From NCBI GenBank assembly GCA_038106185.1, contig JAYODE010000002.1:166282-230281 (forward strand): a stretch of DNA of 64,000 nt, read 5' to 3'. The position numbers were made by a program, and so were the translations under genes. This document shows positions 49,339 through 64,000 of the stretch, one piece after another. Below the pieces are notes generated by a model. The model ran no database searches and was not told where the DNA came from. It saw only the letters and a program-made list of their open reading frames with translations. This DNA comes from Gammaproteobacteria bacterium (GTDB taxonomy: Bacteria > Pseudomonadota > Gammaproteobacteria > Pseudomonadales > Azotimanducaceae). The stretch's first letter is position 1. Every line of letters starts with the position of its first letter.

Positions 49339-49977
49339 ATGGGGCGGATCGGTCTCCTGGTTTGGCTGCTCAACTTGCCAATGTTAGCCGCGCGGGCTGA
49401 GTCGATTGATATCGATGTTGTTGGTCTCTTCAAGAATGCTGCGATGCTGAGCATCAATGGTGATCAGCAGCTTCTGAAAACGGGTCAAAGGTCGCCCGAG
49501 GGTGTCTCATTAGTGAGCGCTGACAGCCGAAGCGCGACGATTGAGCTGAATGGAGAAACCATGACGCTCGATTTGAGCAGTAAAATCAGCGCGAAATTTG
49601 CCGCTCATGTCCCGGCCACCGTAGCCATTCAACGTCATAACGAGCAATATCTCACGACCGGCGTCATAAATGGGGTGCCGGTGACTTTCGTGATCGATAC
49701 AGGCGCCACGTTACTGGCCATGAACAGCGCTCATGCTGCTGCCCTGGGTCTCGATATGAGTCGCGCCAGGCCGATGCGGGCTTATACTGCCAGTGGTTCA
49801 GTAGCAGCATTGCAACTGGTGCTTGACCAGGTTGAAGTCGGTGAGATTCAAGTGAGCAATGTGCTCGCCGCCGTTTTGCCCGGCGACTATCCAGCAAACC
49901 TGCTACTGGGCATGAGCTTTCTTCGAAATGTCGAAATGAGTGAGAAGGCGGGATTGATGTTGCTGAAAGGCCGCTAA
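49339..49977 (+). CDS. Retropepsin-like (clan AA) aspartic protease with an N-terminal signal/anchor
   Basis: From ATG 49339 it reads MGRIGLLVWLLNLPMLAARA, a signal peptide. The DTGA catalytic motif occurs in VTFVIDTGATLLAMN, and the fold looks like the bacterial TIGR02281-type family. Confidence 0.68.
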   Translation: MGRIGLLVWLLNLPMLAARAESIDIDVVGLFKNAAMLSINGDQQLLKTGQRSPEGVSLVSADSRSATIELNGETMTLDLSSKISAKFAAHVPATVAIQRHNEQYLTTGVINGVPVTFVIDTGATLLAMNSAHAAALGLDMSRARPMRAYTASGSVAALQLVLDQVEVGEIQVSNVLAAVLPGDYPANLLLGMSFLRNVEMSEKAGLMLLKGR

Positions 49978-50080
49978 CCAAATCAATAGATAAAGACTGC
50001 AGATATTCACCGAAATTAGTATAGTCGCGGTGAGCCTGGGGTCCTGTTAACATGCCGTGATTCGTCGGCAGGAGTATTGC

Positions 50081-50683
50081 TTGAGCGTTGTATATATCGC
50101 CAGTTCATTGTTACCAACCCCCTGGGGTGAGTTTACCCTGCATGGGTTTGAGGACACAGAGACTCGCCAGGAGCATGTCGCCATTACCTTTGGAGACGTC
50201 ACCCTAGGGGAGCCGGCTTTATGCAGGGTTCACTCGGAATGCTTGACGGGAGATGCTTTGTTTAGCATGCGTTGTGACTGTGGCTCTCAGCTGCAAGCCG
50301 CGTTACAGCGAATCTCTGCTGCGGGTCGAGGTATTATTCTGTATTTACGCCAGGAGGGCCGAGGTATCGGTCTCATCAATAAGATTCGCGCCTATGAATT
50401 GCAGGATCAGGGTGCTGATACCGTCGAGGCCAACGAGCGCTTAGGGTTTGACGCTGACCTTCGCGATTATACGGTCTGCAAAACCATGTTTGCGCACTTT
50501 CAGATTACACGGGTGCGCTTGATGACGAATAATCCTGTGAAGATTAATGCGCTCACCAAGCTGGGTATTGAGGTCGTAGAGCGTATGTCGATTGAGACAG
50601 GTCAAAACGACCACAATGCGCGATATCTCGCGACCAAAGCCGGAAAGTTGGGCCATCTGTTGAGTCATCAAGATGAGGCCTGA
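50081..50683 (+). CDS. ribA: GTP cyclohydrolase II
   Basis: [25 protein letters not shown] and EGRGIGL. TTG 50081 has an AGGAG Shine-Dalgarno 6 nt upstream and aligns with the E. coli RibA N-terminus. The ORF-track start is GTG 50057. Confidence 0.9.
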   Translation: MSVVYIASSLLPTPWGEFTLHGFEDTETRQEHVAITFGDVTLGEPALCRVHSECLTGDALFSMRCDCGSQLQAALQRISAAGRGIILYLRQEGRGIGLINKIRAYELQDQGADTVEANERLGFDADLRDYTVCKTMFAHFQITRVRLMTNNPVKINALTKLGIEVVERMSIETGQNDHNARYLATKAGKLGHLLSHQDEA

Positions 50684-50729
50684 AGGCCACTGAGCCAACA
50701 GGACGCAATCGAGCAGTTGTCGGCTTCAT

Positions 50730-51110
50730 TCACAGATTCTGGCAAATCCGCCATGCCACGCCGCTGGGATCAAAGACAATGAATTCAAGCATGCGCCAGG
50801 GTTGCTCGACGATGGTTGTGACCTGCACGCCATAGGTGCCGGCGAGGTCTGCATGGGTGACCTGTTGGTGCCACGCATAAATGTCTTTCACCAGCAGATG
50901 CATCATAAGGTTTTCAGGTGTCGCCTGAGGCTGAAAATTTTGCAGTAAAAAGCTGCAATTGCCCGCGTGAAAGTAGGCGACATCGCCGTCGTCGGATGCT
51001 TTCAGAAAGCCAAAGTCCAGATAGAACTGTTTCGATAGCGCAAAATCTTTAGCAGGAATAAAGGCTTTTAACTCGACGGTCTGCAGATCGTTCAACCAGG
51101 CGTTGCTCAT
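50730..51110 (-). CDS. VOC (glyoxalase/bleomycin-resistance) family protein
   Basis: 126 aa. It has the paired beta-alpha-beta-beta-beta pattern and an N-terminal KAFIPAKDFALSKQFYLDFGF typical of small VOC proteins. It lies 27 bp downstream of dxs on the same strand. Confidence 0.55.
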   Translation of the reverse strand: MSNAWLNDLQTVELKAFIPAKDFALSKQFYLDFGFLKASDDGDVAYFHAGNCSFLLQNFQPQATPENLMMHLLVKDIYAWHQQVTHADLAGTYGVQVTTIVEQPWRMLEFIVFDPSGVAWRICQNL

Positions 51111-51137
51111 GGTCAGTATCCAAGAGGTAAAGTTAGG

Positions 51138-53045
51138 TTAGGAGCCCAATGCGTGAAGCGCGTCTGAATCTTCGATGCTGCTCAATCGAGCGGTGATCGC
51201 AGCATAAATGCCGGGTCCGCTTAGACCGCAATCTGCCAGCATCTGAGCGGGTTTTTCCTGTGCAATGAACCGGTCCGGAATCCCGAGATTCAGCGTTTTG
51301 ACGGACAATCCAGACTGGGCGAAGAACTCATTGACCGCAGATCCTGCACCCCCCAGCAACGAATTTTCCTCAACGGTCACAAAGAGGTGATGATCCCTCG
51401 ATAGGTGGCGCAGCAAAGCCTCGTCCAGGGGTTTGACGAAGCGCATATCGACCAAGGTAGCATTCAAAGATTCCGCAGCCTCAAGGGCTGGTCCTAGCAT
51501 CGAGCCAAACGCCAGAATGGCTACCTGCTGACCTTCGCGACTTAACCTGGCCTTACCGATTTCAAGCAGCGTCATTTTCGCTTCGGCCTCTACGCCCGGG
51601 CCAGTGCCGCGAGGATAACGAACAGCGGCCGGTCCGGAATATTTGAACCCCGTGTAGAGCATCTGCCGTAATTCGTTTTCATCGCTGGGCGCCATGATGA
51701 TGAGATTTGGCACGCAGCGCAAAAAGGATAAATCAAAGACCCCGGAATGGGTGGGCCCGTCTTCCAGCAAGCAGGCCCGGTCGATCGCAAACAGAACATT
51801 CAGATTCTGGATTGCCACATCATGGATCAGCTGATCGTAGGCTCTCTGCAAAAATGTCGAATAAATTGCGACGACGGGCATGGCGCCCTGACAGGCCAGG
51901 CCTGCCGCGAGAGTGACCGCGTGCTGCTCGGCAATGGCCACGTCAAAATAGCGATCAGGATACTTGTCGGAAAAGGCGATCAGGTCGGAGCCTTCACGCA
52001 TGGCCGGCGTGATACCCACCAGCCTTGGCTCCAGATCTGCCATATCAACCAGCCAGCGGCCAAAAATATGAGAGTAGCTGGGGGAGTTAGAGGTTTTGTT
52101 GTCTTCCCGTTTTGTCGGTTCTATTTTCGTCAAGGAGTGAGTGCCGACGGGTGATGCTTCCGCTGGCCCGTAACCCTTGCCCTTTTGCGTCACCACATGA
52201 AGAAATTGCGGTCCCTTGAGATCCCGAATATTCTCAAGGGTAGTGACCAGGGTTTCGAGGTCATGACCGTCGATAGGCCCCATGTAATTGAGCCCCAGCT
52301 CGTCAAAGAGCGTGCCGGGTACGACCATCCCTTTCATATGCTCCTCAGTGCGCTTTGCGAGTTCCCAGGCGTGTGGAATGCGACTGAGGAGTTTTTTGCT
52401 ACCTGCTCGCATGGACAGATACAATCGGCTGCTCAGAATGCGCGCAAAGTATTTTGCCAAGCCACCGACATTTTTCGATATAGACATGGCATTGTCATTC
52501 AGAATGACCAATAAATCGGCACCGGTATCTGCCGCGTGATTCAGCGCCTCAAAGGCCATGCCCGCCGTAATAGCGCCATCGCCAATCAACGCGACGGTCC
52601 GCTGATCGCGCTGATCCAACCGGGCCGCGATGGCCATGCCCAGCGCCGCGCTGATCGAAGTCGAAGAGTGACCCACACCAAAGGTATCAAAGGGGCTCTC
52701 GTCTCTGGAGGGAAACGGCGCTATCCCGTTTCTCTGTCGCAGACTCCCCATCCGTTCACGGCGACCCGTGAGAATCTTATGGGGATAGGTTTGATGGCCA
52801 ACATCCCAGATCAATTGATCCTTCGGCGTATCAAACACATAGTGAAGGGCGACGGTGAGCTCGACGACGCCAAGCCCTGCGCCGAAGTGGCCGCCTGTCT
52901 GACCTACCGTGTAGAGTAAGTAGTGTCGCAGTTCTTCCGCCACTTGGGGTAACTGGTGTTTCTCCAGGCGCCGCAAGTCCGCCGGGTCAGCAATTGTGTC
53001 CAGCAGCGGTGTGGATGGTCTAAGCAGTGGAATGTCGGTAAACAT
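51138..53045 (-). CDS. dxs: 1-deoxy-D-xylulose-5-phosphate synthase
   Basis: 635 aa with the ThDP motif [18 protein letters not shown] and [15 protein letters not shown]. Confidence 0.95.
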   Translation of the reverse strand: MFTDIPLLRPSTPLLDTIADPADLRRLEKHQLPQVAEELRHYLLYTVGQTGGHFGAGLGVVELTVALHYVFDTPKDQLIWDVGHQTYPHKILTGRRERMGSLRQRNGIAPFPSRDESPFDTFGVGHSSTSISAALGMAIAARLDQRDQRTVALIGDGAITAGMAFEALNHAADTGADLLVILNDNAMSISKNVGGLAKYFARILSSRLYLSMRAGSKKLLSRIPHAWELAKRTEEHMKGMVVPGTLFDELGLNYMGPIDGHDLETLVTTLENIRDLKGPQFLHVVTQKGKGYGPAEASPVGTHSLTKIEPTKREDNKTSNSPSYSHIFGRWLVDMADLEPRLVGITPAMREGSDLIAFSDKYPDRYFDVAIAEQHAVTLAAGLACQGAMPVVAIYSTFLQRAYDQLIHDVAIQNLNVLFAIDRACLLEDGPTHSGVFDLSFLRCVPNLIIMAPSDENELRQMLYTGFKYSGPAAVRYPRGTGPGVEAEAKMTLLEIGKARLSREGQQVAILAFGSMLGPALEAAESLNATLVDMRFVKPLDEALLRHLSRDHHLFVTVEENSLLGGAGSAVNEFFAQSGLSVKTLNLGIPDRFIAQEKPAQMLADCGLSGPGIYAAITARLSSIEDSDALHALGS

Positions 53046-53080
53046 AGGAAGCTAATACTACACTAAAAAAGTCTGAGCCT

Positions 53081-53102
53081 AGCAGGAACTTAGCAGGAAC
53101 TT
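53081..53102. repeat. Perfect 2 x 11 bp tandem repeat (AGCAGGAACTT)
   Basis: Read directly in the ispA-dxs intercistronic spacer. Its 3' end overlaps the left arm of an 11-bp inverted repeat, AACTTATGCTT (53098-53108) / AAGCATAAGTT (53143-53153). Confidence 0.85.
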
Positions 53103-53180
53103 ATGCTTCAGCGGCATACTGGTGCCAGCTTGTATTTCGCCTAAGCATAAGTTTCGGCAAAGGTGAATCTGAGCCGGCAC

Positions 53181-54053
53181 TCAGTGATCCCGGCGCGCAA
53201 TAAAGTCTGCCAGTTCAAGCAGCGGAGTTGCTGCGATACCCAGTGGTTTGAGTGCATCCATGGCCGCTTGGCGAAGCGCCGCAAGCTGATCGGTCGCGCC
53301 CTGCAGGCCGTGGGTGGATATAAAGGTCGATTTAGCATTGTCCTGATCCGAGCCTCGTCGCTTGCCCAGCACGTGGGTCTCGCCAGTATGATCGAGAATG
53401 TCATCGCGAACCTGGAAGGCCAGACCCAGCGCGTAACCATAGTCCACCAGTGCCTGTTCAGTGGCAGGGTCGGCCCCATTGATTCGAGCGCTGGCTGCCA
53501 GGCAGGCAGAAATCAGGTCGCCGGTTTTGCGACGGTGCATAGTTTCAAGCTCAAGATGAGATATGAGCTTCGACTCGGCCGCCAGATCCAGCGCTTGGCC
53601 GCCAACCATGCCCGCCGGGCCAGCCGCTTTTGCCAGAATACTGATGACGTCTAGTCGTGTATCGGCAGGAAGTAACGTATCGCCGGCGATAAGCTCAAAG
53701 GCATAGGCCTGTAATGCGTCGCCGGCTAAAATGGCGGTTGCCTCGTCGAATTGGATGTGAACAGTGGGCTGACCCCGTCGCAAGTCATCGTCATCCATGC
53801 AGGGCAGGTCGTCGTGGATCAATGAATAACAATGAACCATCTCGACGGCGCAGGCGGTTTTATCGGCCTTCTCCAGTGCTGCACCGAGGACTTTGCTGGT
53901 GAGATAGATGAGGCTGGGTCGAATACGTTTACCGCCGTTAAAGACCGCGTAACGCATGGCCGCCAAAAGCTGAGCAGGCACCCGTTGATCTTGCAGGCAG
54001 GCATCGAGTTGCGTGTGGATACGCTGCTGATAAAGACTCAGCAGTTCAGACAC
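53181..54053 (-). CDS. ispA: (2E,6E)-farnesyl diphosphate synthase
   Basis: FARM motif [17 protein letters not shown] and SARM motif DDILD. GTG 54053 overlaps the xseB stop by 8 nt, whereas the ORF-track ATG 54107 would overlap it by 62 nt. Confidence 0.88.
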   Translation of the reverse strand: MSELLSLYQQRIHTQLDACLQDQRVPAQLLAAMRYAVFNGGKRIRPSLIYLTSKVLGAALEKADKTACAVEMVHCYSLIHDDLPCMDDDDLRRGQPTVHIQFDEATAILAGDALQAYAFELIAGDTLLPADTRLDVISILAKAAGPAGMVGGQALDLAAESKLISHLELETMHRRKTGDLISACLAASARINGADPATEQALVDYGYALGLAFQVRDDILDHTGETHVLGKRRGSDQDNAKSTFISTHGLQGATDQLAALRQAAMDALKPLGIAATPLLELADFIARRDH

Positions 54054-54291
54054 CTTCGGCCGGCTCTGTTGCAAAATCTTCGCTGGAGACCTGTCCGTTC
54101 TTTTCAATGAGAATCTTGACCTTTTGCTCTGCCTGGTTCAATGCCGCCTGGCATTCACGGGTCAGGCGAATGCCCTCCTCAAAGGTTGTCAGCGAATCTT
54201 CCAGCGTGAGCTCGCCCGCTTCCATTTTCTCGACCAGATGCTCCAGCTGGACCAGAGACTGCTCAAAGGGGTAACTTTTCTTGGTGGCCAT
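54046..54291 (-). CDS. xseB: Exodeoxyribonuclease VII small subunit
   Basis: From ATG 54291 it reads [34 protein letters not shown], the canonical XseB sequence. The upstream part of the 126-aa ORF is not XseB-like. Confidence 0.88.
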   Translation of the reverse strand: MATKKSYPFEQSLVQLEHLVEKMEAGELTLEDSLTTFEEGIRLTRECQAALNQAEQKVKILIEKNGQVSSEDFATEPAEGV

Positions 54292-54498
54292 CATTAGCCT
54301 CAATAGGATGCAAATGGGCACGATACGCAGGCTCGAGCCTAACGTCAATCCGCTGTGCTCGGCGAAGATCTTGTACAAAATGCGTTTAAACATGGGTCGG
54401 TTTAACGGTAAGCTAAGACCTCTCATAAACGCAGCAAGCGATCCCTTAAGATGCGCGGCTGTTGATCTTTGTCATTCACCAAGTCTCCAGGAGCCACT

Positions 54499-54930
54499 AT
54501 GCGCAAACTCTTCCTATTAATGGCAGGCCTCATCTCTACCCAGTTGGCGTGGGCCGATGCCGATGCGGAGATCGCTTATCGACAGTCGGTGATGAAGGTA
54601 GTGGGCGGACATATGAAGTCTATGGGGACTATCCTCAAAGGCAAGGTGCACGAAGCAGATCTCGCCTACCATGCGAATAGTATGCGCGACGTAGCATTGC
54701 TGGCTCCGCAAGTGTTTCCACTTGGCAGCGGCGAAGGCAAGACTCAAGCGCTGGCGGCAATTTGGGAAAAGCCAGAGGCATTCAAATCAGCATTGGACAG
54801 TTACGTCAAGGCGTCGGCTGATATGGCTGAGGCCGTTTCCAGCCAGGATATGAACCGAGTAGGCCCCGCCATGCAGACGCTTGGTAAGTCCTGTAAGGGG
54901 TGTCATGACGATTTTAAGGCGAAAGACTGA
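54499..54930 (+). CDS. Class II c-type cytochrome (cytochrome c-prime/c556 family), periplasmic
   Basis: From ATG 54499 there is a signal peptide, MRKLFLLMAGLISTQLAWA. The mature N-terminus EIAYRQSVMK looks like a four-helix bundle, and a single haem motif CKGCH sits near the C-terminus. Confidence 0.75.
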   Translation: MRKLFLLMAGLISTQLAWADADAEIAYRQSVMKVVGGHMKSMGTILKGKVHEADLAYHANSMRDVALLAPQVFPLGSGEGKTQALAAIWEKPEAFKSALDSYVKASADMAEAVSSQDMNRVGPAMQTLGKSCKGCHDDFKAKD

Positions 54931-54938
54931 CTTTTTTA

Positions 54939-54966
54939 AAAAGCTAAAAGCTAAAAGCTAAAAGCC
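54939..54966. repeat. Heptanucleotide tandem repeat, (AAAAGCT)x3 plus AAAAGCC
   Basis: Read directly between the convergent cytochrome c-prime and cytochrome b561 genes. Confidence 0.85.
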
Positions 54967-55031
54967 TAATCCTTCTGAGTTTGCCGCCTTCAAGTGCGGC
55001 CCTGGAGGTCAGCGCTAGCCGAACTTCAGGC

Positions 55032-60228
<5,197 letters not shown>

Positions 60229-60371
60229 GCTGACATCCTGAACGGGTTGACGTAGGTGAAGACTAGCACGATGTAGCTTTCGATAAGCTATTCGGCGATC
60301 GCGTGCTGCGCACAAACATTCGGTGGAGGCAATCCGTGTTTGAATTGCTTTGAACTTGGGTGATGCCAGCC

Positions 60372-61913
60372 TTACTGAGCGACGCTAGCCTGCAGCACAC
60401 GGACTGAGGCAGCCTCCAGCGATTCTGGGCGGCTAAACACTCGCCCGCTGTCGATCTGGCGCTGGGTATCTGGTGGTAACTGCGCCAGATACAGGCTGGT
60501 ATCAGCCTGCACCCCGTTGACCCTTGTACGAACTTCCAGACGAATATCGGTTAAGGTTAAACCTGTCAGGTTGGTGACGATTGCCATCAGATGACCGGCC
60601 TCCGTCAGGCTGAGTTGCGTGTTGATATATTGGCCCGGATTGTCTCGCACATCGATTTGCATAAAAGCTGTGCTCGCCGCTTTACCAAGGCTGCCACCAG
60701 CAGCCATTGCGGCTTTGAAGTAGCCTTTGGCCGTCTGCGGGTCTCCTGATTTGAGCAACATTTGGCCTAATTCATTGCTGGCCAGCGCAGTCGGTAATAA
60801 CTTCAGGCTTCTTTCGAGATCGAGACGGGCAGCAGCAGTATCCCCAAGCCGCGCGCGAGCTTGGCCCCGGCCGAGGTAATATTCAAAATAGTCGCTGTCC
60901 TTTTCCAGTGCACGAGAGAAGGCGGCAGTGGCAGCCGAATACCGTTTCTGAGCCAGCAGAATTGCCCCCTCAAGGCCATCGAATCGGGCTTCCTGCGGTG
61001 CGAGAGCAATAGCCTGCTGAATCAGGTTGGCAGCTTGTTGAAGTTCGTTGCTGGCCAGCAGTGCTGTCGCCTTGTCGAGCTTTTCGTAGGCCGGCAGAAG
61101 ATTTTTCAAGGGCTTAAGTTGCTGTTCATATTGCGCCTGGTTGATCTCGCCAGAGCGTTGGAGCGCCGCTGCGGTGCGTTGATTAGCCGCAACCCGCTCC
61201 GATGAGGGCGGATGGCTCGCGAACAGGCCTTCTAGCCAGTTCGATGCGCGACCCTCTGACAGTCTGACAAAGGTTTGCTGCAAGCCAATCGCTGCACTGG
61301 GATCGTATCCCGCACGCGCCATATACTGCATGCCGAAATAATCTGCCTCCAACTCAGCATCGCGGCCATATTTTGTGGATACCAGCTGAGCACCAACCAG
61401 CGCCGAGCCAACAATATAATCGGCGTGGTTCGAGTCGGCGGTGGCCAGCGCCGTGGCCATGACCACGCCCTGTAGGAGCATGCCGCGTTGCATGGCGTTC
61501 GCTCCATGGCGTGCAGCAGCGTGAACTATCTCGTGACCCAGCACAGCTGCCAACTCCGCTTCGTTATGCAGTTCAAGCAGCAGGCCGCGATTAATCGCGA
61601 TCTTTCCACCAGGCAGAGCCCAAGCGTTTGGCACCGAATTGTTCAAGACGATAAATTCATAAGGCAAGGGGCGATCACTGACCTTCGCCAGGCGTTGGCC
61701 CACGGAACTAACATATTGGGACAGTGCCGGATCGATATGTAAGGCGCCGCCCTGCGACTGCTGTGCCGGCCCGTATTGCTCTGCACCAATTGCCAGTTCT
61801 TGGCCCTCGGTTACCAGTGCCAGCTCACGCTTGCCGGTCACAGGGTTGATCGCGCAACCACTGATCAGGGTCAGAAGTAAGGTATTGGCAATCAGCAATC
61901 GAGTCAGAGACAT
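60372..61913 (-). CDS. M48-family zinc metalloprotease lipoprotein with TPR repeats (BepA/YfgC-like)
   Basis: Lipobox LLTLISGC, HEIVHAAARH (HExxH), a downstream E in DAELEAD, TPR-like repeats in the middle and an extra C-terminal domain of about 100 aa. Confidence 0.78.
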   Translation of the reverse strand: MSLTRLLIANTLLLTLISGCAINPVTGKRELALVTEGQELAIGAEQYGPAQQSQGGALHIDPALSQYVSSVGQRLAKVSDRPLPYEFIVLNNSVPNAWALPGGKIAINRGLLLELHNEAELAAVLGHEIVHAAARHGANAMQRGMLLQGVVMATALATADSNHADYIVGSALVGAQLVSTKYGRDAELEADYFGMQYMARAGYDPSAAIGLQQTFVRLSEGRASNWLEGLFASHPPSSERVAANQRTAAALQRSGEINQAQYEQQLKPLKNLLPAYEKLDKATALLASNELQQAANLIQQAIALAPQEARFDGLEGAILLAQKRYSAATAAFSRALEKDSDYFEYYLGRGQARARLGDTAAARLDLERSLKLLPTALASNELGQMLLKSGDPQTAKGYFKAAMAAGGSLGKAASTAFMQIDVRDNPGQYINTQLSLTEAGHLMAIVTNLTGLTLTDIRLEVRTRVNGVQADTSLYLAQLPPDTQRQIDSGRVFSRPESLEAASVRVLQASVAQ

Positions 61914-61946
61914 GGCAATCCAATTTGAGTGGGCGTGTGTTTAAAG

Positions 61947-62006
61947 CCAGCTTGAAGACCCGCTTGAAAACCAGCCAGGCAACCAGTTGAAACTTTGCTT
62001 TGAATA
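61947..62006. repeat. Degenerate 12-bp periodic repeat, about 5 units
   Basis: CCAGCTTGAAGA / CCCGCTTGAAAA / CCAGCCAGGCAA / CCAGTTGAAACT / TTGCTTTGAATA, in the divergent M48/Nudix spacer. Confidence 0.45.
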
Positions 62007-62034
62007 AAGGCGTGAGTCGCCATACTATGAAAGT

Positions 62035-62649
62035 ATGAGCATTTTGAAAATAGATTCCATTATCAATCGACTTGACCAGCATCAACCCCGCATGCAGTCA
62101 CTCGAGCCGGGAACCCGGGAAGCAGCCGTTGCCGCCATCTTAAGGCCGGGTCCGGAACCGGAGATCCTGTTTATACTTCGCGCGAGCAAGGAGGGTGATC
62201 CCTGGTCCGGCCATATGGCATTTCCCGGTGGTCATCGAGAACCCAGTGACGGCTCGTTGCGAGTGACAGCAGAGCGTGAGACCTGGGAAGAAATTGGTTT
62301 GGACTTGACCCAGCATGGTCGTTATCTGGGTCAGCTCGATCAAGTGCGAGCGAATCCTCGCGGACGTAACATCAACATGGTGGTCACGCCCGTTGTCTAT
62401 CTGTTGGAAACGCCAGATGTGGTCATGACACCGAACCGTGAGGTAGCAGATATTCTCTGGGGCTCGCTTGGTGACATGCACGCCGGCCATTCCTTAACTC
62501 AACGCCAAAGCGTCATAGGCCATCAGACCCAGGCTTTCACAGGTTATCAGGTGGGCAGAGAGGTCGTCTGGGGCTTGACGCTGCGAATGCTAGACCACTT
62601 CTTTGGGCTATTGGATCCGGCCTTCAAGCCAAGAGGTCTTGACGGTTAG
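62035..62649 (+). CDS. Nudix hydrolase, CoA pyrophosphatase subfamily (NudL-like)
   Basis: Nudix box GGHREPSDGSLRVTAERETWEEIGL, preceded by the CoA-pyrophosphatase-type signature ILFILRASKEGDPWSGHMAFPGG. Confidence 0.72.
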   Translation: MSILKIDSIINRLDQHQPRMQSLEPGTREAAVAAILRPGPEPEILFILRASKEGDPWSGHMAFPGGHREPSDGSLRVTAERETWEEIGLDLTQHGRYLGQLDQVRANPRGRNINMVVTPVVYLLETPDVVMTPNREVADILWGSLGDMHAGHSLTQRQSVIGHQTQAFTGYQVGREVVWGLTLRMLDHFFGLLDPAFKPRGLDG

Positions 62650-63905
62650 GTGTGCTCGACGCGCTTTTCCTGCTTCAGGTATTGACTGTAAGTATAAGCG
62701 AGAAAGCGCTCTACACCTTGCTTGACATGCTCGCTGCGCAGCGAAGGAAACATATCGAAGGCGTGCTGAGCATCCTCAATTTCAGCATATGCGACCGGTT
62801 GTTTAGAGATCTCTCGTAATTTGCCAGCGAAGAGTCGGGCAACAGCCACTGGTACCAGAGAATCCTTGTCGCCGTGAATGATCAGGAACGGTGGCGCATC
62901 GGCATTAATTCGAAACAAGGGTGATACGGCCTGGTACTGGGCGAGATTGCCATCCAGCGAGAGTTTCAGAACCGACACCTCAAACAGCTTGCGCTGGGCG
63001 GTATTATGCTGCAGCTGATATTCGTCGGTCAGGTCATAGACGCCATAGAAGGGCACCGCACCTTGCACTCGAGTATCGACCTCCTCAAAGCCAGGCTGAA
63101 AGGCCGGATCGTTCGGGGTTAAGGCCAGCAGAGCGCTGAGGTGCCCGCCGGCAGAGCCGCCAGTCACGATAATAAAGTCAGGATTGCCGCCGTAGGCACT
63201 GATATGCGACTTGACCCACGCCAAGCCTTCCTTGCAGTCGATAATATGTTCCGGAAATGTCGCCTTAGGACTGAGTCGGTAGTCGATGCTGACGCAGATC
63301 CAGTCTCGCATGGCCATGTGGTTCATTAGTGGAATCGCCTGCTCGTTCTTACTGCCCATTTTCTCGGTCCAGGCGCCACCATGAATCTGGAGCAGAACCG
63401 GACTGTTCTGGAGAGGGCGGCGAGGTCTATAAATGTCCAATCGCTGGCCATGAGAACCGAATTCCAGGTTTTTGAGAACCTCAACCCTTGGGTCCAGGTT
63501 ATGGGTGGGGTTAATAATTTTTTCCCTATCGACCTCGAGGGGAAAGTGGGCACTAAGGCTCGCTTCGATTTGCTGCTCGTAGTCATTGCCAAGGGATGCG
63601 GTCAAGGCGGTCTCCATGGCAGCTTTTGCTCTGTCACCACGCAGATAAAACCAACTCATGCTGAGCCAGCTGACGATGCAGATAGCCAGACCCAAGGCGC
63701 CAAAAAAACCATCGATGGCGCCACCCCAAGCAAACAGCAGAACCAGTGCGATCTGCCAGACAAGGTGATGGAAGGCCAGTTCGCCAATCAACCAACCGGC
63801 GAGAAAGCTGGCGACACTCAGGCCGGAATGACGAAACACGGGTCGAAACAGATTGTTGGCCAGCACACCGATCAACAAGGCAAATAGAAAGAACAGGCTT
63901 GTCAT
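62646..63905 (-). CDS. Membrane-anchored alpha/beta hydrolase (esterase/lipase, Abhydrolase_3-like)
   Basis: 419 aa with three N-terminal TM helices. It has an oxyanion motif LQIHGGAW, a nucleophile elbow GGSAGGHL and a C-terminal HGDKD...H triad region. Confidence 0.72.
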   Translation of the reverse strand: MTSLFFLFALLIGVLANNLFRPVFRHSGLSVASFLAGWLIGELAFHHLVWQIALVLLFAWGGAIDGFFGALGLAICIVSWLSMSWFYLRGDRAKAAMETALTASLGNDYEQQIEASLSAHFPLEVDREKIINPTHNLDPRVEVLKNLEFGSHGQRLDIYRPRRPLQNSPVLLQIHGGAWTEKMGSKNEQAIPLMNHMAMRDWICVSIDYRLSPKATFPEHIIDCKEGLAWVKSHISAYGGNPDFIIVTGGSAGGHLSALLALTPNDPAFQPGFEEVDTRVQGAVPFYGVYDLTDEYQLQHNTAQRKLFEVSVLKLSLDGNLAQYQAVSPLFRINADAPPFLIIHGDKDSLVPVAVARLFAGKLREISKQPVAYAEIEDAQHAFDMFPSLRSEHVKQGVERFLAYTYSQYLKQEKRVEHT

Positions 63906-64000
63906 AAAGGGTCTCCGCCAAGGGTTATGGCTCTTAGGGTTTGGATGCTGGTCGCTGACTCGAGCTTCACGGAAGCAGAAAGCTGCCGATTTGCGCCTCA

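Noticed and set aside
49978-50080. Possible FMN riboswitch before ribA
   Set aside because: The spacer is only about 100 nt and lacks the conserved FMN-element helices and motifs. nrdR-ribD also has no leader room.
50684-50729. Imperfect hairpin between convergent ribA and the VOC gene as a bidirectional terminator
   Set aside because: The stem has a mismatch or wobble, the loop is 17 nt and neither side has a U-tract. That is too weak to call.
53112-53128. Sigma-54-like TGGCAC...TGC element on the minus strand upstream of dxs
   Set aside because: The GG-to-GC spacing is 9 nt, not 10, and the -12 element is TGCC rather than TTGC. No enhancer-binding protein context is present.

Overview
This window looks like core housekeeping chromosome from a gammaproteobacterium. 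The gene order closely follows what I recall for Pseudomonas-type genomes and partly for E. coli. In order: waaA, a yqiB-like gene, parE-parC, a ytjB-like gene divergent from serB, a fimX-like gene, epmB/efp-epmA, psd, orn, queG, nnr, tsaE-amiB-mutL-miaA-hfq-hflX-hflK-hflC-yjeT-hisZ-purA, tRNA-Leu, rnr-rlmB, rpsF-rpsR-(membrane protein)-rplI-dnaB-alr-radA, ettA, nrdR-ribD-ribH-nusB-thiL-pgpA, ribA, and xseB-ispA-dxs. The last roughly 10 kb is accessory-looking: cytochrome c-prime, then a co-directional run of M48/TPR lipoprotein, GPH sugar symporter, GH2 beta-galactosidase and cytochrome b561, then a Nudix CoA pyrophosphatase and a membrane-anchored esterase. I call about 58 protein genes and one tRNA-Leu(CAG). 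I saw no rRNA, CRISPR array, IS element, integrase, phage gene, toxin-antitoxin pair or recognisable defence gene. I do not find convincing evidence for a novel multi-gene system here, and all findings are scored modestly. The most unusual points are listed here. (1) Short perfect or near-perfect tandem repeats of 7 to 19 bp sit in at least seven intergenic spacers. (2) A cytochrome b561 gene overlaps the lacZ stop by 4 bp (ATGA) and has its own Shine-Dalgarno inside lacZ. (3) A YtjB-like membrane protein carries an unassigned C-terminal domain. (4) A perfect 14-bp-arm palindrome lies in the divergent ABC-exporter/tsaE control region. (5) Several convergent gene pairs are spaced by 2 bp or have overlapping stop codons and no terminators. 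(6) Genes that normally occupy conserved slots are missing: cpdA/yqiA, rsgA, nsrR, priB and ribE/ribBA. All functional calls come from reading motifs in the supplied translations. No database search was run.
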